Source: Pocillopora damicornis (Eukaryota). Taken from it: a DNA stretch of 64,000 bases. Of this stretch, positions 11,311 through 23,300 are shown piece by piece; positions within the stretch are counted from its first letter, which is position 1; every line of letters begins with the position of its first letter. The position numbers were made by a program, and so were the translations under genes. The notes beneath the pieces are model-generated. The model was given only the letters and a program-made list of their open reading frames with translations, had not been told where the DNA came from and did not search any database. The stretch is taken from NCBI RefSeq assembly GCF_003704095.1, contig NW_020846701.1, positions 1-64,000 on the forward strand. Reading direction: 5' to 3'.

Positions 11311-14300
11311 ATGGAACTACCACAGAATTCTCAAGCTCGACATATCAAACAAGGCTTTGTGTAAGTATTTTACTTCAAGTAACAAATTACGTTCGCATCT
11401 TTTTCTCGCAGTTTAAGAATTTTTTCCTATAAACTCCTTTTCAAACGTTTTTATCTGGAGGTTACATGTTCTAATCTTTCGATGTTCATCTTCATCGATA
11501 TATATCATGCATGCATAGATGAAATAATTAGCTTTTGTAATTAATCGAAATTAGCGTTATTTAAACTTGTTTTTCATGCATTAAATTGCGGTAGAAAACG
11601 CCTAAATAATCTGTGCTGGACTTTCGTATTACCTGTAAATGACTGATGATAGAGGTGAAATATTCCCAGGCTAAAGTTAAAAAAAACCAATTAGTCCTTC
11701 AGCAGAATTTTTGCAGTCACTGTTGTTAATATTCATCAGACCAAGAAAGCCTTTTGTCCTTCCCAGGTTTATGTTTATGACTGTGAATGGCTTCCAAAAC
11801 TCAAACTTACCTAAACATTTAATGGCTTCTCTCGTTATTCACGCTATCAAAATATCAAGCTCTGTGTGTTTGGAAAATGGAACAAATTAACCCTTACTAT
11901 AACCATGTACACGTATTTGGATGGTTGAGAATCCAATCACTCTTTGTTTACTTGGTAAATAATCTACCTGGTATGTTGGTAGAACATACGGAAATAATCG
12001 ATTGTAAGTCACAGCAGCTCGAAGCAAAAGGGACTGTTTTACAAACTTTTTGAGTGCATTAGTGGAAAGAGTGCGGTCTACTGCTTTTAAAAATTTAAAA
12101 GTAATGTTCTCTTCTATATTTCATTTATTTGTTCATTCACTTTTTTGGACGAAGCAGGAGTTCTTTTGACAGTATTCACTGATGTCGAAAGAGTTCTATT
12201 TTGTAATGTTTTAATTCATTTTGACAGTTTTTCTCGGCCGTGTCTCTGGTTAAAATTAAACAAGGAAAGATTTTTGTAACAAGCTGTAACATTTGTCTTA
12301 CAGGCCTCCTTTTAAAGCAACACGTCGAACTGTCCAAATACTGCCTCCGTCCCCGCCAATGTTAGACGACATACAGTCACAAATGTCCCAAAACAATCTC
12401 TCTTCCACACAACTTTTCCGTTCAAACGCCGACTATTTCAACAACAGGAGATTTAAAACTTCGTCCAACTCTATGGACTCATCATCGTTTGTTACACAAG
12501 CATCAACTCCAAACAGCTTTGCTAGCCAATGGAACCAGAAAGAAAGCGAGTGGTTTGTAAGCAGCTCGCAGCGCACCCAATCCAGGTATTTACAACCATC
12601 GTTGTTATACGATGAAGAAGAAGCTGATAATGCGCATGAAGTAGTGGCACAAGATTCACCAGAGCTCTTTACTCAACACAGTGACTTTCATTTACGTGGT
12701 GCTCCGTTCAATGCGTCTGAACTGGACATGGAAGATTCAGAAGGTACAATAGCTCTCTTATGTTGTGCTCTTAAGATGTCGTACAACAGGCAAAGGCTCT
12801 TAGGCTTTCCTGAATTAGTGCTACTACATTGTATTGCATGGTGTTAAAATATTTCGAGAAGTAATATTAATATAATAAGTAAAAAAAAATTGGTCACTTT
12901 TACCCATGATTTCTGAACCTTTCTGTCCTGTTAGTTCCGAAGATGACTTGCTAAAGAACACTTTTGATGTTTGGTTACAGGTTTTACGATATTACCAAAA
13001 CGCAAAATTGGGCTCAGAATCACCTGTAGTTCACTTATTTGGAAAACTGAAGCATGTAGTAACCTTAACTGATCAGGTTTGAAAACGAACACTCAAACAA
13101 ATATTATTTTCCCAGCATTTTAAGCTTAATCCGTAATGCTAGATGAATCTTGATCAGGAATGAGTGCACACATAGCAACGTTTTTCGAATAAACCATATC
13201 AAGTTTCATTTCTTCTTAAATTATTTTTTGTCAGGTTTTGCTTTTCAAGATGATGTCCCTGAAGAAGAAAATAATCAAAGCTTTTATTTGGCCTCAGTCC
13301 CACGGCATAACTTTGACACTCCAGCTCAACTTTTTATACCAGGTGAAACGCCATGTTTTTTGTTACTCTTGTCTTAGTGTGTTGTTGAATGTTGTCATAC
13401 ATAATGGCTTTAGAAATTCAGACAATTTTGCAAATTAATAGATGTCAAACACAGGTCTACACTATTGGCATAGCTTTCAGAGGTGTGTTTTCTACCGAGA
13501 GCCACGCATTACTCACGCGTGACGGGAGTATATTGCACCTGCCTTCACTTGCCTGAAAAACGTGAAAACGACAAAAACAGGACTTGGTTTGTAGGCTTCG
13601 ATCTCGGTGGATCAATAGTGACAGACGCATTGGTAGTTTAATTTCAATAAATATTTATCTCACCTTGTCTTTTATCTCAAGCAAACTTGTAATTTATTTG
13701 CTCCTTAGACTATGGAGATCAACCTGAGAACCCGAATGCAGGGATAGGGCTTCGCTCTGTCAATGAGATACGTATCCTCTCTAAAAATAGGAAAACTTTC
13801 AATAGTTAAGTAAGAAAACAATTTTCAACGAGTTAAAGTTACAATGATGAGATCAGAATAGCGTTTACTATACTGCTCGCAGGTAAATGTAAACGGTCGG
13901 AATACTAGAGTCGGTACCAGAGGAAAGAGAATCGCGGTTTGTTTCGAAAGAAAGTTTCGTAGTTGAAAATGATCGATCTTTCCGATGGAAAACTTTAAAA
14001 GAATATCCCAGTCCGCTTAAACTTCGGATAAAAGGTTTATCTTGGTAACTCATAACATAAATTGATATTATCCAGTTGAAGTTCTGAAAAGTATATATGT
14101 TGAGCATCTGTAGCTTTCCTTGATCATACAAAGCCAACCCATTTCGTTCAGTATTTAGCAAATTTCCCTACTTTAACATCGTGCAGTCAAAAGTATTTGA
14201 CGAGGTAAGCCTTGCTCTAACATTGCGGTAATTAACATGAGAGTCTTAACATGGCAAATCTGATAGGGAGGAGAAATGATGTATAAGAGCTTCAAAGAGG

Positions 14301-17300
14301 GGCCAGGCCATGAACTCAGCGAAGAGCCTCCTTATAGTCATATTAAAGTGATGCCAATATATGAGAAGAATGGTAACAACTGGTATTGATTTGAATGAAC
14401 ATTCTCAAAGATTCCAATCTACTCTTCATGACACAGCAATCCTTGGCTTTTAAGGCCTAATAAGGCCGAAACAGCCGTACATGGCAGCTGACAGGATCGC
14501 ATCATTTTCCCTTGTTTCTTCTCCTTTTCTTCCCTCCTTCTCAATTTCTTGTTTGTTTATTCTTTTGTTTGTTTTCGATACTGGAGGCATAGTGTCATTA
14601 TCATTGTTGCCTTGATGGGCATTCTGTGTTGCACCACTTGTACCTGTCATCAAGGCAATAGGTAGTTTTTGATATATCAGAAGCAATGCTTGAAACATAA
14701 AAATCGGAGCTTGTCAATCTATTTGTAGTGGAAGTCTGTTAAAGTAGTATATGTAGGTAAGGATGCTACTGCCTGTGTCGTTTCACTAAGTTCTGAGGCT
14801 TTACCTTTTAATAACAGGTGATGTACACTGATAGACCACTTGTGGTGTGCGCTCCAACAGGTTCTGGCAAAACAGTAATTTTTGAGCTTGCTGTTATTCG
14901 TCTTCTTATGAGCTGTGAGGGAGGACTAAGTACAGCTAAAGTAGTTTATAGTAAGTGTCTATGTAGATACAACAATAAAATCTCAAAAAGCTGATAATTT
15001 AGCTTTATAAGGCTTGTCTTCCGGCCATTCACTAAATAAATTCAACATGAATTTGAAACGATTGCGTTCGTAAATAGAGGATGATGCAGTCACGGCGTAA
15101 GCGTTGCTAACCGCATCACGTTTCTTATATTATTTCCAACGTCATTTTCGTGTTAATTTTTTAACGCTCAGTTAAGATATAAATTAAGTCTTTCCGCCTG
15201 ATTTTGCTCATGCACAGTGGCCCCTATGAAGGCATTATGCAGTGAACGCTTCACTGACTGGTCGACTAAATTTGGACCGTTTGGCTTAAGATGCAAAGAA
15301 GTAACAGGCGATAGTGAGTTGGATGACCTTTATGAACTGCAGAGCGTCCATGTGATAATGACCACTCCTGTAAGTCCAACTATCGATCGTACTATAAGCA
15401 TACATGGACATTGGTCGCCTGACGAGCCAGTTAACCATTCATTTGTTTACTGAGTCAAAACTTCAGTAGGTAGTTGAGTCAATCAGCGAATTACTGTAAA
15501 GAGTTTCTGAAGCTCGCATTTCGAGCGTTAGCCCTTCGTCAGAGCAACTAGAAGGGGGCTTTGGAAAATCTTTACGGTGGTCAGTTTACATTATCAACTC
15601 AGTTGATAAAACCAATTATCTTAAATACCCCCCACTGACGTAGTACTGTAGTTTCTTTAGAAACTTACCCCCTTTCGACAGTCAGTAGTTTAGTTCGTGT
15701 GTCAGCCAGTCAGTAAGTTATTAGTTAGTTTTTCGATAACTTAGCCGGCCAGTCACTCAGTCAGTTGGTCTGTCAGCCAGTCAGTCAGTTAGTCATTAGA
15801 TCATTCAGCTGGCTAGCCATTCAGTCCGTTGGTTTGTCAGCCACTCAGTCAGTTATCAGTTAGTTATTCGATCAGTCAGTCAGGTAAAGTCTCAGCATCA
15901 TTGAAGTCTTTTTTTTCCCTTTCGATCAACAGGAAAAATGGGACAGCATGACAAGAAAGTGGAGAGACAACAGATCCCTCGTGCAGTCAGTCAAGCTTTT
16001 TCTCATTGATGAGGTACCTGACTTTGAACTGCAACAGGGTTATGACTGGACGCAATGAACGCGCAAATCCTACTGATCCAACATGATTAACATAATTTGT
16101 TTGATAGTAACCGGATTATTCATTACTTTATATCTAACTTCGAGAAAGGCTTGAACTTTTAACTTAACTAAAGGGCTTTATCGAGTTAAAACTTGAGAAA
16201 ATTCAAAATAGGAAGCAATTTGCTGTCCATACTCCCTAATATTTTAGGTTCATCTTATTAACGATGACGCAAGAGGAGCCACTGTTGAAGCTGTCATCAG
16301 CCGTATGAAGACCGTTCAATCCACTATGACCCGCTGCAGCACTTCAGGAAATACCAGCAGTCTTGGTAGAGCGGGCATGCGACTTTTGGCTATCTCAGCT
16401 ACCATACCAAACGTGGAAGATGTAAGTTTCCTCAGTACAGTCACTGGCCAAAATAGTTACATTTAGGTCTCTTCACACCCGAGGGCTTGATTTGGGAGAG
16501 AAACATGAATCGAGCTGAAGGAAAAACTTAACACAAGCAGATCACTCACTAAACAGAGGTAATAACGCTGTTTAGCAATTCTTCGATGGAAAAAAAGCTT
16601 CGACCATTATTTTTTCGGATAGATCAGGAAAATGACTGCTTTTTCGGGGAAACTTAGAGCTGAACTACGCTTCCTTGTGGGGTAAAATATGAGGTTAAGT
16701 GTTTATATTTTCGTTTAAAACAGATTTCAGCCTGGCTTGGAGGGATTGATTCTCCTGCATCTCACTACAGGTAAGAAATAATTTTCCTAAATTTTTTACG
16801 TTTAGTATTCTTCGTACACAAGAATTACGAAATGAAAGTTTTGTTCCAATTATGTAAAACTATTTGCTTTCTATAAGATGTAAAATAAAACAAAGAAAAA
16901 AGTATACAGGAGGGGAGGTTGTTTTCAATTCCATCCCTTCTTGCCCCTTCCAATGGGACTCTAGGACTGGGTGGAAAGTATATCACAAATATTATGGCGA
17001 AAGCCTAATTTCTTCTCCCTTTCCACCCCTTTCCCCACCTCTACCTCACCAAGCCATTCCCGTTTAGAATGATCTAAAAGCTCATTGAACACCTTCTTTT
17101 GCAGTATGGACGATTCACACCGACCAGTGAAACTACGTAAAGTTGTTCTTGGTTTTCCTAAGGGGAATAATTTCTCTGACTTCCGATTTGACTTGTCTCT
17201 GAATTATAAGTTGAGTGGCATCATTCAAACTTACTCAGATCGGAAACCTACTCTTGTGGTGAGCAAAATATACCGGATGGTTACAAATAAAAAGGTTGAG

Positions 17301-20300
17301 GTTTATCTTGTTTAAGGAAGGAGTTATTCGTGATAATGCATAAATATGTTTAGTGGTATGTATTCCTGCGTTGAAAAAATAATATTGCGGTTTATTCTAA
17401 ACCAGTTTTGTTCAACACGCAAGAGTGCTCAGCAAGCAGCACAGACGCTTATGAAAGACGCACGCTTTATCATGAACTCAGAACACAGACAGAGGTAAAC
17501 CGATTGAATTTTAATTGCTAGGACTGTAGAGTTTGGCCTGTTCCGTTTAGCAATTAGCTGCATAACTGAATGAGAAATGTATCAAAAAGTAAGTGTGGCT
17601 GTTTGTAATAGATCGCGAGTTAAACAACACTCGTTTATCATTAAGTCACTAACACCACAATTAGCCTTACATGTAACAGTGTCAGAGCCATGTTACATTT
17701 ACGACAGTGAAACAGTTATGTTACGACCCATTGAAGGTGAAGAAGAAATTTATTTACATCTACTACAACATTAATTATCTTATAGGCTTCAGAGGATTGC
17801 TAACTCTCTTCATGATTCTAAACTGAGAGGTGAGTGACATGCATTGAGCGAAACACTTTGCTTGTGATGAAAAGCCAATGAACAGGGGGTGAAGTTATTT
17901 TCAACAAAGCGGGGTCGAAACTTAATCAGTGAATTTGTGATTTGAATTAGTTTTCACACTATGTATCCGAGGTAGGAAAACACCTCGATGTCAGTCCTTT
18001 GAGTACTTGGACAATTTAATCGTGGTCTTGGTATTGTCTTTTGTCTTTTTTTTTCACATACGACTTTACTTTGCAGAGTTAGTGATGTGTGGGATTGGGT
18101 ACCACCATGCAGGACTCGATCCCACGGATCGAAGAAACATTGAAACAATGTTCATCAAAGGCGACTTGCCTGTACTGTGTAAGTATACACGGAGACTATC
18201 GGGTAGTCTTTGACCCTGAATAGTTTTTACTCATTCTTGCCTATCCATGTAGTAATCAGGGAGTTTGTCTCATATGAACCAAGTATACATCATAGCTCAT
18301 CAATCGGAGTTCTCTTAAAACAGCTTGGTTCGTTGACCATCAGCCCGCACGATCGGAAATTCTCTAGCTCAAAGAAACTCTGACTTCATTTTGGTCCCCT
18401 ACTCTAGCCAAATGTTTCACTTATGTCTTCCTTTACTTAGTGAAGAAGTTGTTACCTGAGTATTATAGTACTTTTGCTTTCCTTATTTTTCAGTTGCAAC
18501 TAGTACTCTGGCTGTAGGAGTAAGTTTTGTTTCTTTGTGTCTTTTTTATCGATTTCCCAATAAAAATACGATAGCATCTATAACATTTCATAGAGTGGAT
18601 CTTCAGAAGAAACCCATCTTTATTTGTCACTAAAAAAAGTAATATTCGTCAAAGATTAATTTGAACAAGAGTTTCATTGTCAGGTAAATCTTCCCGCTCA
18701 TCTGGTCATCATCAAGTCAACATCTCACTACGTCATGGGCGTGTTTCAAGAGTACTCAGAAACACAAATACTTCAGATGATTGGAAGGGCAGGAAGACCA
18801 CAGGTATTTTCACCGATACTAAACGTAGCAAGACTGTCATTTGTGGGAAAATCCTAAACATTCGTGAAACATGGCTGACTTCACCGTTGGCGTTTTGTTT
18901 GTTTGATTATTGCAAGGGTTTAATCATTTACCTGATAGGAAATGTTTACATCTCACAAACCAGTCTCATTGAATACGAATTTTCTTTTTCTTAGTTTGAT
19001 TCCTTCGCCACTGCAGTCATTTTGACAACAATTGCAAACAAGGTATGTTATACTGTGAAAGTTTTGTACGTTCCTCTCTCATTGAGGATTTTAATTTTAC
19101 ACATGAATCCAAATCAGAGCCGGAGGTCCTTTCCTCATTTTAAAGCTGTTAAGATTTCACAAATACCCTAACAAATAAGTAAGACTCTCAACAATCCACG
19201 ATTTATAATTGCCCGTATCTCCATACGGGCCGAGAAAGGGCATCTTATGTGACATAGTTTTAAGAGAGGAACAGATTATCCTCTCTTGGCAGAAATTAAA
19301 ACTTAAGTACGATTATGTGCGTTAACCTTAGTGAAAGAAACTGTGCAGTCTACCTTTTTTTATCATCCCTATTATTTTCTTAACTTGTAAGATTTTGAAC
19401 TCCTTATTTCTGCCTTGTGAGTCATTCGTTAAGGAAACAGGTTCAATTAACGAGGATGAACCGTGGTTTGTTGCAGGGGGTTTTGAAATAATTTTTGTCT
19501 CAGTCGCTCCAAAGGCAGAGAAGTGTAGACCACCAACTTCATTTCAGCGAAAACTGTTGCGAAAGCAATTTACTCGAGGAAAAAAAGAACAAGACAACTG
19601 AATCTAATGTTTCCGATCATTTTAATAACATATTTCTTTCAAATTCACAATTGACGTACGTGAAAGCATTACAAGCGATTGCAAAGAGCGCATACGACTT
19701 CCACATTCATAAATATCTTTAACAACACTTTTTCATATATATAAAAAAAAAGGAAATCAGTCTTAGAAGAAAAATGCTGGCACCTCGCGTCATGTAAATC
19801 ACCTGTTAGTAAAAGAACAATAACAAGAATAGGTAGTGAAAACCTTGAAAATAATGCGAATCACGGTTCAAGATTCTGTCTTTAAACCAAGGCTATCAAT
19901 ACCTCAACAATTCCAAGGCATAGTCGACTACTTCCTCCGTATGGATAAGTTTTAATGTATCACCCGACGCGCGTAGGGCAATCAGTTACTACAGCCTAGG
20001 CTGCATGAGATTTTGTACAGCTCAATCAGAAGAGAGCGTAGCTTGTTGCACTTTCGCTCTTAATTCTGCAAAGGGTCTCTTGTTTCTACATCTCCTGGGA
20101 GCTGATCGTGAAGTCTTAAGAATGATAACGCAACGAAGAATTATTTTAAGATGAGCATTCAAATGAATATTTATACAAACCTGCTGGGTCTGATTCAGCA
20201 CTTTGCATGGTAATCAAGGATTCACAGTTTCTGATGGATTAGTATCATATGCATGAGACTGCTCCACATAGGGTACTTGATAGGATTAGATGAGAAACTC

Positions 20301-23300
20301 TATGTAAGTGTCAAGTGTAATAACACTAAATTTCTAAACCACTAATTGTAGCTACAATGACATAATCATCTAAATTCCTAAGATTATGAATACCCCATTC
20401 GCAGACTATGCCTAATCATTTGATTTCTCAAAATGTAATTTTATTTACTCAAATAGTTGGCGTCCAAAGATTACTTAAACGGATAGAGAGAATATTTTCC
20501 TGACATACACGGTTATAAAGAGTAGAAAAGATTAGGTTGCTTATCAACGAACGCTCTAGGTATCTCATGCTTGGGTGTTAAGAGGAACTAGAATGTAAAT
20601 TACAAACCTGTTGGGTATGGTGATAATTGTTGGACTTGCATCGGGCCAGATCCAACGTAGTTATGAGGAAACGGATTCTGTTCCGCAGGTATCCAAAATC
20701 CCTGATCCATGTCAGGCATGTTGTTATTTGCCCATTTGTTTGGTCTAACGTTCATAGTTAACGGAGTGTTGGAAGACGAGGGCAGTGGACATGGTGCTAC
20801 TCCTGGTATAGTCCCCACAGGATTAACAGCACTTGGATTCTGTTCTGCAGAAATGTTTATCGGTGGGGGTGTTGGCCAATTGTTGGGGAGAAAAGGCCTT
20901 AACCGTGGTGCTTCTCCTGGAAACCGCCCCACAAGATTACAAGGATGTCGATTCTGTTTCGTAGGCACACCGTTTCCGTGGTCTGTATAAGCCATGTTGG
21001 TTGGCCATGCGTTGGGCACAAGGTTCATCGGTGTGGGAGTTGGCCAATTGTTGGGAAGAAAAGGCCTTGGCCATGGTGCTACTCCTGGAAACGGCCCTAC
21101 ATGTCTTCTAGGATGTGGATTCTGTCTAGTAGAGAAACTGTTTCCTCGGTCTGTGTAGGCCATATTCGTATTTGGCCATGCGTTGGGCGCAGTGTTAATC
21201 GGTGGCTGAGTTTGACGAGAGTGAGAGGCAGGATACAGTACCCTTGGTGTTTCCACCCTGCAGTGTCTCCCTATAAAAGAGAAAAAATATATTATCTATT
21301 TATTATGATGGCAACCGGTATCACGTATACGTTGCTCGACTTTGTATTTAACTGCTCTCCATCTCCTTACATTCCGTTGAATCGTGTTGCACTGACTCAG
21401 TTTTGTTAAGGGGTATGCATAGACATGTGCTCTATTGCCATACCCTCGTATTCCGTTGTGTTATAACTGTAGTAAATTGCGACCTGATGCAGCACTCTCC
21501 TGGGTAGCTTTGTTGGCTTTCTGGCGTTCTTTTTAACAGATTTCGCCGTGCCTGGTTGAGAGTTATTTGTTCTGTTGCATTCAATTTGTGCAGTCCTCTG
21601 CACTACGTTTTGGCCTAGTAGCCTCTGTTGCGTTGAATGAGCAAGTTGCATTATGCTGCATTCACCCCGGTAAAAATCTTACATCGTAATGAAGCGAGAA
21701 AAGTCACGTAATAACAGTTACGTGGCATTACTTCGCACGCTGCTGAGTTATATTGAATAATACATTTGTGTTGTGTCCCTCCCATCTGAGCTGGGTGGCG
21801 TTTTGTTGCATTCCTCTGCATCGTGCTGCGCTTAAAAGTTCTCCGTTGCGCTGAGTCACCGAGTTCCATTAAGCTGAATTTTACCCTAGACTATACTTAG
21901 TGTGTATGATCTTAAGCTGCTTCGCTTAGTCTGTGCTCTTACTTGATCTCTCCTACTTACCTGGTGGGCCGGGACAGATCCTTGGCGGGAGATAACTTGG
22001 TTTGGGATGGCTCCACGGAGGTGCCTCCAACCCAAGCATTTGTGGAGGACCGCATGAACGCATTCGCCGCCGCTCTTGGGCTATCGGCTTGTCGTAACGT
22101 CTGCCTATCGATGCTTTTTTCTTGGGTTGCACCTCTTTATTTGGATAAAAATTCTGTAGATAAATTATGCCACAGGAAGCCCGTTAGCATAAATTCCTCG
22201 TCAATCACATCTAGAATTAGATTATTTAAAGGAATTTTGAACCTTTTTTTTTAGGAAGACTGCTTTAATATCAATTAAACATTTTAGGCTCTGGGTAGAG
22301 ATTGTGGAAGATAACGATATTCGTTTTCTATAGTTAGATAAAGAAATGACTAGCTCCAAAAGAAGAAGAGGTTAATTTCAAAAGATTCACACAATCTGCT
22401 GAAAAAAAAATTCTAGACCTTAGTTGCTGGTCGAAATTCTCTTGCTAGAGGGTTCAATGTGGTCCCGTTGACACCACTGTAAAAGTAAACAAAACGAAGA
22501 GTATGTTAAGTTGAATCGTGACTTTGTAATCTAGTATTTTGAAAGACAGAACTATTCTCGACACCCTTCTCCGCTGTACTCTTACCCTCCAACCTAAAAC
22601 TCAATCACCGTCTAACATCTCCGTTAATTTTTCAGAACATAATCTGAGTAAGGATTGTTTGCCACTAAGCATTTGCAGGTCCTACTCCTTGAACAGACCA
22701 GCTTCACAGTATAATCAGTGAAAATTTCGGCCGTGAAATCTCTTACCTTTCAGAACTGGTGTGCGCAATATATTCACCGTGGCTGTTATGTTGGGAAACA
22801 CCAGAGTTCTGCGTCAAAATTTGTAAAAAAAAAAAAACCATAAAATGACTATGATTAAGTAATTTGATCCTAAGTTGTTGTTTTTCCATTATTCTGTCAA
22901 ATCTCACGTATTAGATTGTTTCCTAAAAAAGCAAAAATTTATTGCCTGAAAAACGAATGGAGGCCATATCTACCTTTCTAGAAAAATAGCAAATTGTCAA
23001 ACTTGATAAAACGTCTTTCACGTCACCTGTAGGAGGCTCAATTTTTTCTTCAGAAAAGTGAGAAAATGTTTAACTCAATAATAACTCTTTCTTGCGACCT
23101 GTAACTTGCCTCAATTCAGGTTTACAACCACTGTTATTACCTTTTTCACACGAACAAATTCATGGGTTGGTACCCGTTCAGCTGTCTTTCTGCTGCACTC
23201 TGCATCTTTTTCGTTCCCTCTTTCGGGGTCACACACGTGAACCACCTGTGTAGAACGTGGAAACAAACGTGTCATGGTGATTTTTCCCATAACAAACATT

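Noticed and set aside
19390-20130. Further coding exons downstream of the nested gene
   Set aside because: Frames are interrupted by stops and no consistent splice chain was found.
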